DNA of 63,697 nucleotides, filler included, from Lenisia limosa (taxonomy: Eukaryota > Protista > Breviatea): assembly GCA_001655205.1 (NCBI GenBank). It is 18 parts of 18 records of this genome, joined end to end, with 100 filler letters (N's around TTAATTAATTAA, not from the genome) between each part and the next. Parts side by side here need not be neighbours in the genome. Positions count along the whole stretch, not along the records: positions 47,730 to 49,065 come from LPNZ01007525.1; positions 49,166 to 50,780 come from LPNZ01001877.1; positions 50,881 to 57,037 come from LPNZ01001231.1; positions 57,138 to 58,742 come from LPNZ01007537.1; positions 58,843 to 60,984 come from LPNZ01003952.1; 13 more parts are not named here. One strand, given 5' to 3'. Position 1 is the first letter of the stretch. Each line of letters begins with the position of its first letter. Shown here in pieces: positions 48,930 through 59,073 of this stretch. The translations under genes were made by a program, and so were the position numbers. The notes under the pieces are model-generated. The model was not told the DNA's origin. It ran no database searches and was given only the letters and a program-made list of their open reading frames with translations.

Positions 48930-51159
48930 GGTGAAGGATTGTGAAATGTTTTCATTTTTCTATTTTTCTGAGTTTCCTTTTTGATTGGAGTGAGGAGTTG
49001 ACGTCCCACTTGGTATTTATTGATAGGTGCATCCTGTCATTACCCGAGAGTACAACAGCGTTCTTNNNNNNNNNNNNNNNNNNNNNNNNNNNNNNNNNNN
49101 NNNNNNNNNTTAATTAATTAANNNNNNNNNNNNNNNNNNNNNNNNNNNNNNNNNNNNNNNNNNNNTTTTTCCTAGGAAGGAGTACCCAAAAAGGGGTAAA
49201 ACATTGACCCGCTAGGACCTGGTCTAACTTTGCTAGCTAGGTGTCAAATTTCCCGAACGGAGGTCTAATTTTAGATTATAGTGGGGTTAGAAAATAAAAG
49301 TGGGTAAAAGATGGGCCTAAGAACGATTTAGGGGGGATAACCCGTCAATTTTGAGGTACGAAAATGGGCAAAATTCGGTCAATTAGTTTTTCTTTCCCAG
49401 TGAGGGGTGCAATCTAATTCAATTAGTCAAGGGCGTATTCTGTTTCTATGAAATTTACAACCAAAACCCCGTATAGTTAACATAAAATGCGAAACGTTCA
49501 GCGAGACAAAATTTTTTTTTAAGGTCTTCTCTTATCAGAACTAGGCGGACAGTATCAGGGGTCAGGTAATTCACCATCAAAGTCGTGGGAAAAAGTGCCT
49601 TTTTTTTTGGTAAAGTTGAAATTTGTCACTTAAAATATCTATTTGACCAAGTAGAAAGTAGTTTAAAAATTATTTTGAATACATCACTGAAAGAGTAAGC
49701 GTTTATTGGACATAATACTGGCAGTCAGCTTCAATAGGACATACTTAAGTCCTAAAGCGGCGACATATGATTATAAAAAACTTTTAAAAATCGACAAACC
49801 TTAATTTTCAGCTATTTCCAAGTAACAGTTTAAAAACAGACATGTTAGAAACCCACAATCAGAGAGAAGAGCCTAAAAAGAATGAATAAGTTAAACAATT
49901 TGGTTCAAAACCATTATAAAACACCTTCCAAACACTATTGAGCAAAAAATAGGGCAAAGTTAAGCTTAACTCGAGGTGGAAGGCAACACCGAAATTTAAA
50001 GTTAGTTATTTATTGATTTAAACCGCCGTAAAACAGTTTATTATATTCTCCTTAAGGTAAAAAATGGTGAAACAATAAGAACAAAGGCCAAAATAAATTA
50101 TCGCACCACAGCTTAGTTCAAATGAGGTTGTAACAGCAATATTTAACAATAATATACTGAAATTAGGCAGAGAGCAAGCTTACCGTGAAGAACACTATGA
50201 AGACTGAAACTGAAAACGAAAGGAAAGTGGGAATTAACGCCGTAGAACTTCTCATTAAGAGTAAATATAACAAACCTGAAAGCATTAACCAAGATTTAAG
50301 AGTAAAAGGAGAAAAAAACAAGGTTAAAAGGAAAAAAATAAAAATTAAAAAAAAAACACCTGGGGGTACGCTGGACAAAAAACCGGAACGTTGGAAATTC
50401 TTCATACTTAATAAGTCTTTTTCTTTCGGCAGTTTTAAAAATAATGAATTACTACCCCAGTTATTTGTTTCAATTATTAAATGGTTTTTTTCATTAGAGT
50501 GATTTCCAGAACCGCCTTAATCAGAGGGAGGACGCAAGGTCGACATATAGAAAAAAGGCCCGAAATTCAAAAAGAGGCCAAATGCCAAAATGAGGCCAAA
50601 TGTTGGTCGTCTGGGCTCGGAACTATCTAAGGTATGCGTTTGGACAATACCGCATGTTACTAGAATGAACCCTTGGGCTTTGTAGGACAAGAGCGTTTTT
50701 TTGGAAATCCTTTAAAAAACGGAGAAAACGGGATTCCAATGACCGGTGAATGTGACAAAAAAAAAAAAAAAAACCGGGCCNNNNNNNNNNNNNNNNNNNN
50801 NNNNNNNNNNNNNNNNNNNNNNNNTTAATTAATTAANNNNNNNNNNNNNNNNNNNNNNNNNNNNNNNNNNNNNNNNNNNNGAACATGGGTTCTGACTTCG
50901 ACGGAGTTCGATCCATCTGTGAAACTGACCGTCTGTGTATCCCCAGAATCCTACAACAATTATTATGCGGTTGTGAAAAAACTACGTTGCTTAGTGTGAC
51001 TTGTTGTTTGAAAAAGGATCACTATATTTTCACCAATTGTTGTACAATTGGCACTATCGCCCTTTTCAATCTATGGGTTCCACAAAACTTCACTTCACGT
51101 TTAACATTAGCTTAGATGAAGGAATGGTAATGATGATACTTATTGTGATGAGGTATTAT

Positions 51160-51258
51160 TAGAGTTTCACTTCGATTCGCAAAAAAGACTGAATTTCTCG
51201 AGAAATTCGAAAACTATCGATATTTTACCGGTCTTTTTCGAACCGAAGTGAAGCCCAA
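51160..51258. mobile_element. hAT-like MITE (family A) full-length
   Basis: AGAGTTTCACTTCGATTCGCAAAAAAGACTGAATTTCTCGAG...GGTCTTTTTCGAACCGAAGTGAAGCCC. Confidence 0.85.
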
Positions 51259-52139
51259 TATATAATATCACTACATTAAATATGGCTTATCACGATCACT
51301 GTATTTTTGTACTTATTTTGGCAGACCACGGCCGCGCCGATGTAAATACGCTCCAATGAAGTGATGGGGGAAATGAGAGGCGGGACGGGGACAACGGTCA
51401 CCTCAGAGTTGGGTACCTGGGCGGAAGGAGTGTATAAGTGGACAATTTGTGTACTTTTTTAAAATTTTAAAAGCTCAATATCAATTATATTGACTGAGGG
51501 TATTATTATCATCGCTATGCAAATTATCTTTGTCAACCCTTCCTTATTACTATTGCTGGAGGAAGTTGAACCTAGACAATAACCCCACAACTAGAGCTTC
51601 ATTTTCAGTTCCCAAAAAGACTGCAACCTCAAAAAAATATCTATAACACCTCTATCACACCTCTATAACACCTCCATAAATAATGATATTGTCCATGTAG
51701 TTTACGACGCACCCATTACCCCTAGCTCAACCTACAATATTCTGGGCAACAATTCGGACAGTTTTGGAACTCTGAATTCATTATACAAGTGGAGAGGAAT
51801 TTCTATATTGAGTAATTGAATGATAAGACCGAATTTCAAGTCACAATGATGAATAAAGGTAAACTGAGGGTTCATCCGAGTATCATGGAGACGTCGGTCA
51901 GTTTAGCGGCTTATGAAGTTTATTTCTAGTCAGGTAGCTGCTATAAAACAATCCATATGATATGATATAATATAAAATATATACACTGATCGCGATAAGC
52001 CATAACATGGATATTGAGCTTAATCATTAGTCAGTCATATCAGGAATTCTTCGCGGTCTCTCTATTGAAAACTAGAAAAAAAATCAACAAAGTCCTCCAC
52101 AATCTTTTTTTTTGTTTGTAAAATAATAATAATAAAAAA

Positions 52140-54800
52140 ATTCCCGTCACACACCATCTGAATGCCGAGGAGGGTGTCCAAAACGGAGTTCTACAGAATA
52201 AGAGGCAGATAAAAAGTGACAATGCTAAATCCAATTTTACTTGGGAAATTATTATGTTTTTGGGGGTGAGCACTTACTCCAAGATTCATTTATGTGCCAA
52301 CAAACCTTGGCTGTATCAATCTGCGAGTCGACATAAGCCTAAAAACATGAGAAGAAGATTCTTTATTGAGAAAAAGAAGGTTGAATGATTATACAAAGCT
52401 TGATTGAGACAAAGAAGAAGAAGAAGCTGATTGAGAAAGGAGATAGTGTTTTATGATTTCCCAAAACCTGTTTATTTTAGCCCTGTCTATCCCTTTACTG
52501 AAGTAAATATCTGTGGAAGAAAGTTACAAGAGAAAAATGAACCAATACTGCACTTTATTTTCAAAAATTTGACTCCCAATAATTAACTACACGGAGACCT
52601 AATTCAATTATTGCAATAACATTGTTTTTTTTATTTGGAAACAAAACCCTGAGATTGAAGAATCTCATATTTCTGTGTGAAAAAGACTCAAGTCACTAAT
52701 GTGGAAAAGAGACAGGAAAAATGTATTTGTAATAGGCCGAAGCCTTTTGTACCAAAAAGAGTTGTTGTACAGTTTCTTGCATCCATTGTCAACGTGTATT
52801 TTACTCAAGTGCGAAAACGATAGGTACAATATCGATATTTATCGAGAATTTCTCAAGAAATTCAGTCATTTTTAGGATTGAAGTAAAGCACTTAATGACT
52901 TCAATTGTTCTAAACCGCCACCCACTTTATTGGTAGCTTGAAGTGCTTCGGCTGGTAACTCGGAGATACTGGAGGAGGTTAGAGGAATCTTAATTGTTTT
53001 AGAATGGATTGAGAGAAAAAGCACGAATATGATTTGACAGAACTGAATGAAATGTGTATGGTGCAATAGTAATGAATACAATGGAAAATAATTTGTTTTC
53101 TGTGATTGCGGGGCTATGTGTGTATGTGTGTGGGTGTGGTGTGGTGTAAAAACAGCCAAAAGTTAGAAATATTTCACAAAATTGTTAAAAAATTGCAAGA
53201 CACCTTTGTACAAATTCCAACATGACTTAATGTACCGGAGGTGGTGGGAAGCCGAGGAGTTCAGAGTGGTGATAAATCTTCGAAAGCAATACCATTTTTG
53301 AACCTACATGAGGGATTTGACAAAGTCTGCACCATCAGAATCCATCATCATGCCTGAAATGAGATTCTAGAAGGATTAGTATTTCAGACGTTTTTCTTGT
53401 TAAAAAGGTCATCACTAGGGATCCATTTTGGAAGGCAGATATCGATGATTTATAGAAGAGATACTAATATGGTATATACAGTGCCCGTGATAATTCTTGA
53501 CCGATTTGCTATGTGATTTCCCCAAGGAAAATATGTCAAGACTTATCCTGGTCACTCTACAGTACACTGACCGCGATAAGCCCTGACATTATTGACTAAA
53601 GGACGCTCAATAGCGTGGTAGGATTTAGCAACCAGTGTAGCTTAATACCTCAAGCTCACCATGTGAAAGGCCACAATCAGGATCCATGTTACAAGTCTAA
53701 ATCAATTATATAGAAAAAAAGTGAGAGTTGCTTTCCAGCTTAAGCTAAAATTTCGGTTCAGAATAAAGAGGGGTGACAAGCTCGCTAGGAATGGGATATG
53801 GGGCAGCAAACCCAGCATTTCCCCCCCCCCCCCNNNNNNNNNNNNNNNNNNNNNNNNNNNNNNNNNNNNNNNNNNNNNNNNNNNNNNNNNTTAATCGCTA
53901 ATCGCTAATGGATTAGCAAGCATTTTAAGTTATTTTGGGGGTGAAAATAAGAGAAAAAAAATTGAATTTCCCTGTGCCAAAATATTTCTCGCTAACTGCA
54001 AACGATTAGCGCTAAAATCAGGATTTTAAGTACTTTTAATCTGATGACCCCCCCCCAACACACACATACCGCCACCCTCACCTGAACCTGGTATTGGCAA
54101 TCATGGTTTCTCTTGTGAAAATCCAACTTCTTTCCTGTTTAAAGTGCTTCTCTTTTTCAAGTTCTTCTCTCTCCCTGTCTATCCTCCTTATTTACTCTGT
54201 GTTCTTGCTGAACAATTTCATAGATTCTGATGATCATCCAGATCTTAGATTAGTTTCAAGTTCAGTGTGAGTGAGTCAATATTACCTATTTCTGTCTACT
54301 ATATTTGTAATATATTAATACATTGGATGCTAATACACTCTTACTTTTACTTATATTAACATTTCAACGGAACTTTCCGAACATCCGACGGCGGGAGAGG
54401 CCCTTTAAGGCCACCAACATTTTCGCTCCCTTGCTGTTGTTGTGAAATCCAAGATAGTAGTATTAATGTGTTTACAATTATTTCCCATCACAGAAAAGGT
54501 GCATTATCGGAGTACCACTTCACTGAAGGCTTTCCCCATTCACACTAAGGTGGTTGCTGCGTATATCATATCGCAATAAAAGAACTTGGTTGATCTGATA
54601 ATATTTCAATTTCAATTCGTCAAGAGGGGGGAATATTGACTTGGAATGGGCTTAGGGGCAAGGATTCATTTACCCTTTCGAGAGGCATAACACCAACACC
54701 AGTTGGAGGGGGAGTCTTATCCAATATTCCTCCATAAAGGTGGTTTATAGCATATCCAATGAAAAATACTCTTGCCATGGCTGGAATAGTGGAAGCTAGG
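52140..54800 (-). CDS. Possible highly divergent myosin motor domain (multi-exon, partial)
   Basis: Exon fragments in the expected order resemble myosin landmarks: CEWGKPSVKWYSDNAPFL (W..I.Y.DN..L), FVKSL|.FITTLNSSASHHLRYIKS (SL..L..TL....H..RCIK), DSSNLLQYLR, KYEIL, QIDTAKV. Matches are weak and the junctions uncertain. Confidence 0.4.
53479..53557. mobile_element. TA-flanked MITE (family B)
   Basis: TA-CAGTGCCCGTGATAATTCTTGACCGATTTGC...GTCAAGACTTATCCTGGTCACTC-TA. Confidence 0.8.
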
Positions 54801-54809
54801 AGGAATATA

Positions 54810-54881
54810 CAGTGGCCATGAGCCTTGACCTATTTTCCTTGGTGAAATCACATAGCAAGTCGGTCAAGAGTTATCCTATTG
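54810..54881. mobile_element. TA-flanked MITE (family B), degenerate
   Basis: TA-CAGTGGCC...CTTGACCTATTTTCCTTGG...GCAAGTCGGTCAAGAGTTATCC..TG-TA. Confidence 0.7.
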
Positions 54882-55558
54882 TATATATCTAAAGATATAT
54901 TAATATTCCTCCTTGACTCCGCACTTTTACAGACTCTCCAGATGATGGAGAGACATATCATGAGTGACTACATTTTTGGATAAAAAACAAACATGCCAGA
55001 GAGTTACATAAGTTTTTAGCTCATTTCTTTTTTTTTCCCATACATGTTACCACCTCCACCTTCTTTTTGGGATGTTTTCCACATAGGCATATTGTATCAC
55101 CACCTGTAACTTGACACTCTGAACAATGTACTTGTTCTTGTAGTCCTTCCTTTTGAGAATTTTTTTCCCACAATGACAGGCATTCAAGAAAGAGCCCCCC
55201 CCCCCNNNNNNNNNNNNNNNNNNNNNNNNNNNNNNNNNNNNNNNNNNNNNNNNNNNNNNNNNNNNNNNNNNNNNNNNNNNNNNNNNNNNCTCATAACAAC
55301 CATTTCATCATCTAGTTTCCAAAAACTTGAAGACAGCGGCAATGGGCTCTTTTCATGAGGCAAACCTCTCTCCTCAAGAGGTGTGGGATATTAGGACATA
55401 TTCGGTTTACAAATGCCTCAATATATTGACGAACAATAAAGGTGGTCGTCCAATATAGGATAAGCCTTGCCCTTTTTCATTGGGATATCAAAGAGCTAAG
55501 TCCTGACACGATATTAAATTGCACTATCTCACATTCATCTATTTCCCCCACACACAGC

Positions 55559-55655
55559 CAGGGCTTCACTTCGGTCCGAAAAAGATCGGTAAATATCGAT
55601 AGTTATCGAGGATTTATCGAGAAATCCTTTTGTTTAATTATCTGAAGTGAAGCAC
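55559..55655. mobile_element. hAT-like MITE (family A)
   Basis: CAGGGCTTCACTTCGGTCCGAAAAG...CTGAAGTGAAGCAC. Confidence 0.8.
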
Positions 55656-55701
55656 CCCTCCCTCACACACACATACCCACGTTATTTTAGTATCTTCAAT
55701 T

Positions 55702-56011
55702 AACATCACAGCTTTTTTGTTATTAATATCTTGAATATCACAGCAATATTGTTATTAATGTCTTGAAATAAATATCACAGCAATATTGTTTTTAATATCT
55801 TGAAATGAACATCACAGCAATATTGTTATTAATATCGTGAAATGAATATCACAGCAATATTGTTATAATGTCTTGAAATAGTATCACAGCAATATTGTTA
55901 TTAATATCTTGAAATGAATCTCGCAGCAATTTGGTTAATAATATACAATACTATGTTCACATCAATATTGTTAATATCTTGAAATGAATGAATATCACAG
56001 CAATATTGTTA
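55702..56011. repeat. About 37-bp minisatellite, 8-9 degenerate copies
   Basis: Unit about AATATCACAGCAATATTGTTATTAATATCTTGAAATG, contiguous, no unique spacers. Confidence 0.9.
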
Positions 56012-56584
56012 CCATTTCAGATTTCTCCGCATATCAGCCCCTCCATTGAGCAGAGTCAGGCCACTGCTTCCGACCTTGGGAGAGAGGTCATGGAGGTGTG
56101 GAGGGGTGAGGGTTTATTTTGATAAGAGAAATAATAGACATGAGAGATGTGGTCTGCAAAGGGGAATAAGATACATTAGAATTATAGGGAAACAAATAAA
56201 TACATAGGGATACCATTAACAAATTATCATACTTCAGCACCCCAAACTCCTTATTAATTTGTGGCTATTTAGTAATTTTTGGGAGTTTAGGCGGGGGAAG
56301 AGGTCAAACAGGCTTGAACGTCTTTGATGAGCTTTAATGTACTATTGTTTCATCATCACCAACATCACCACCATCAACCACCACCATTATCATCATCATC
56401 ATCATTATTATTACTATTTTCACCATGTTAACCCTTCTGTACAATAAATAGTGAGACATACTTTCTCACTTTTTCAGTTTTCAGCAAAGACTCGCGGCAT
56501 CATCTTCTTGAGAGTCCTCCTTATTCTTCTGTAAGGTGGCAAATTAGAACATTTTGCATCCTTCAAAAAGCACCTAAATGTACG

Positions 56585-57802
56585 CTCGGTGCAAAAGACT
56601 GCATTTCCCCAATAAATCCTTGAAAACCATCGATAACGGTCTTTTCCAAACCGAAGTGAACTTCCATTTGATTTGTTGTGTTTACAGTCCGGTTAATTGC
56701 AATAGTGACAAACTTGTTAATTTCGACTGAAAATATAATCGATTGGGCGAATTAATATTAAACAAACCAATACCCATGATAAGCGTGTCAGATTTTTTTA
56801 GGCAAATGATTAGATGAATTACTAATTTACAATAATCCAATATCTGGCCAAATGCAACCTTTTGAATTTCACATCACTATTTCCTTATTGCACAGTAATT
56901 AACGGCCGTATTTCATGCTTCAGATTTGTCGTCTCCATAACCGTGTCCGTTTACCCGGCGTGGCGTTGGACGTTGGAACATGGCAAGGGGGTTTTCAAAG
57001 GGGGGTAACGAGGTCGTCCAATATATATATATCATATNNNNNNNNNNNNNNNNNNNNNNNNNNNNNNNNNNNNNNNNNNNNTTAATTAATTAANNNNNNN
57101 NNNNNNNNNNNNNNNNNNNNNNNNNNNNNNNNNNNNNGGGGGGGGGGTGAAGGAGATTGAAGTGGAGATTTTTGAAACAGCAGACCAGGGTAATATTATA
57201 TGATATATATTATACTCGGATCATGAGAAGTCGTCATACGGATACTGAGCTTTAATGTGAGTCAATCGGACAGCTTCGGCCAGATACAACATCTCTATTT
57301 AATACGGCCCCCACTTACAATTCGATTCAGATATTGTCATTTGGGTTTCGCCTAAATGATAAATTAATCAATGGAAAATACAACAAGTGAGGTAAAGAGG
57401 AGGTGGAGTAAAATTGGAAAATTTATGGGGGGGGGGGGNNNNNNNNNNNNNNNNNNNNNNNNNNNNNNNNNNNNNNNNNNNNNNNNNNNNNNNNNNNNNN
57501 NNNNNNNNNNNNNNNNNNNNNNNNNNNNNNNNNNNNNNNNNNNNNNNNNNNNNNNNNNNNNNNNNNNNNNNNNNNNNNAACGAATAATCAAACAAAAAAA
57601 CAGGTGATAGTGTAAAATTTCAGAAACAAAACCCATGAAACTCTATTGATTCATTGGTAAATAAACAAGCCCAAAAAGAATGAAAAAGCGATGCAGAAAG
57701 CCACAAATAGGTCTTCACTTCGGTCCAAAAAGACCGAGGAAATGATAGTTGTCGAGGATTTATTGATAAATTCAGTCTTTTTTCAAACTGAAGTGAAGCC
57801 CA
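56585..57802. mobile_element. Two family A MITE copies (56585-56662 and 57708-57802, on different scaffolds)
   Basis: Both retain AAAGAC ends, the ATAAAT core and (C/T)GAAGTGAA termini. Confidence 0.7.
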
Positions 57803-58528
57803 AGCCACAAACTTTCGAAATCGATCGAGCGATCACTTTCGGATTCATCATGAATTGCGCCGCAGATTTCATCATCACAATTGTCAACTACAACGGTCAA
57901 AGTCGCACATATACACATCATACGCTATTTGTTTAGTTTGATTGACAGTAAACAACTGCTACCACCCACCCATTTTATACCACCCACCCATCTTACAGTC
58001 CACAGAGAGTGCTCTTTGCAGTTTTTGAGCGGACAGCCTTGAGAATAAAAGAAGAAGTGTTGAAAAGGAAGGAATAAAGAATGATATTTCAAATAGTTCA
58101 AAGTATTTAAAAATAATTCAAAATAACCACCCCCAGTCTGACAGGGTACCCATCCCCCCAACTTGATAGTAGCAGTCTGGCTTAAGATTTGCTTTGCCTT
58201 TCGGTCGACCACTTCACCATCAAAAGAAGACTGGCCAAAAGATGACGATAACTGCAGAGGAGATATCTAGGGTGGGGGGATGAAGAAAACTGAAAATGAG
58301 ATATCTGGGGTTCAACGTATTTTGTATCAAACAACTTCAACTATGAGATGAGAGACTAAAAAAGAAGATGAGTGGCTTAAAAGAAGATGAAAGGCTAAAA
58401 ATAAGATGAGAGACTTAAAAGAAGATGAGAGGCTTAAGAGAAGATAAACTCTGAGCTTACTTCTCCACTTGTCGCTTCTTCGGAAAGATACTCATGATCA
58501 TGATTGATGTCCAATTTATCAGCTTCGT
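57310..58528 (-). CDS. Multi-exon acidic protein of unknown function (partial)
   Basis: GT-AG exons: DEADKLDINHDHEYLSEEATSGE, LSSSFGQSSFDGEVVDRKAKQILSQ, VDNCDDEICGAIHDESESDRSIDFE. Confidence 0.45.
58366..58447. repeat. About 20-bp tandem repeat, 4 copies
   Basis: AAAAGAAGATGAG(A/T)GGCTT-like units. Confidence 0.7.
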
Positions 58529-58715
58529 CTGAGGGGGGAGTGAAACGAAGGATTGATAAAGAAACAAGTGGGCAGGGGTGGAGGGGAAGCGATTGTAAAA
58601 ATGGAAATTTTATGAAACAAAAAAAAAAGCCCACAATCAGTTGGCTTATAAGACAAGAGGGTTGATATCAACAAAACAGACAAAGCCCAGGCCAGTCGCT
58701 TCTTCAGCACCGCAA
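58529..58715 (-). mobile_element. Family C near-full copy with two 3' modules, ending at an acceptor
   Basis: GCGGTGCTGAAGAAGCGACTGGCCTGGGCTTTG...TTTCATAAAATTTCCATTTTTAC...CCTTCGTTTCACTCCCCCCTCAG|AC. Confidence 0.8.
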
Positions 58716-58933
58716 GCCGAATTATATGAAATATGGGGGGGGNNNNNNNNNNNNNNNNNNNNNNNNNNNNNNNNNNNNNNNNNNNNTTAATTAATTAANN
58801 NNNNNNNNNNNNNNNNNNNNNNNNNNNNNNNNNNNNNNNNNNCTGTTACCCCCCCACCATTGTGCAAACATGTGTGACCACCTAATGTGTGTCTGTTACC
58901 CCAATGTGTGTCTGTTATCCCTATGATACACTA

Positions 58934-59045
58934 CAGTGACCGGGTGAGTCTTGATCGATTTGCTGTGTCATTTCCTAAGGCAAATCGGTCAAGACCCTAC
59001 GTTCCCAAAAAAGACTGAAATTTAACCGGTTTTTTTCAGTCCCTA
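58934..59045. mobile_element. Family B MITE (58934-58996) abutting a family A fragment (58995-59045)
   Basis: TA-CAGTGACCGGG...GCAAATCGGTCAAGAC followed directly by CCCAAAAAAGACTGAAATT. Confidence 0.65.
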
Positions 59046-59073
59046 GATACATGCCATATGGATGACCTCCTCA

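Noticed and set aside
55702-56011. CRISPR-like array (37-bp units with an internal palindrome and a ..GAAAT end)
   Set aside because: Units are contiguous and degenerate, with no unique spacers or cas genes, in eukaryotic intronic context: a minisatellite.
12400-57215. Recurrent TATAGTATATGATAT-type patches (about 12400, 18030, 21830, 34785, 39860, 57200)
   Set aside because: Low-complexity AT microsatellite-like sequence with no definable unit or boundaries.
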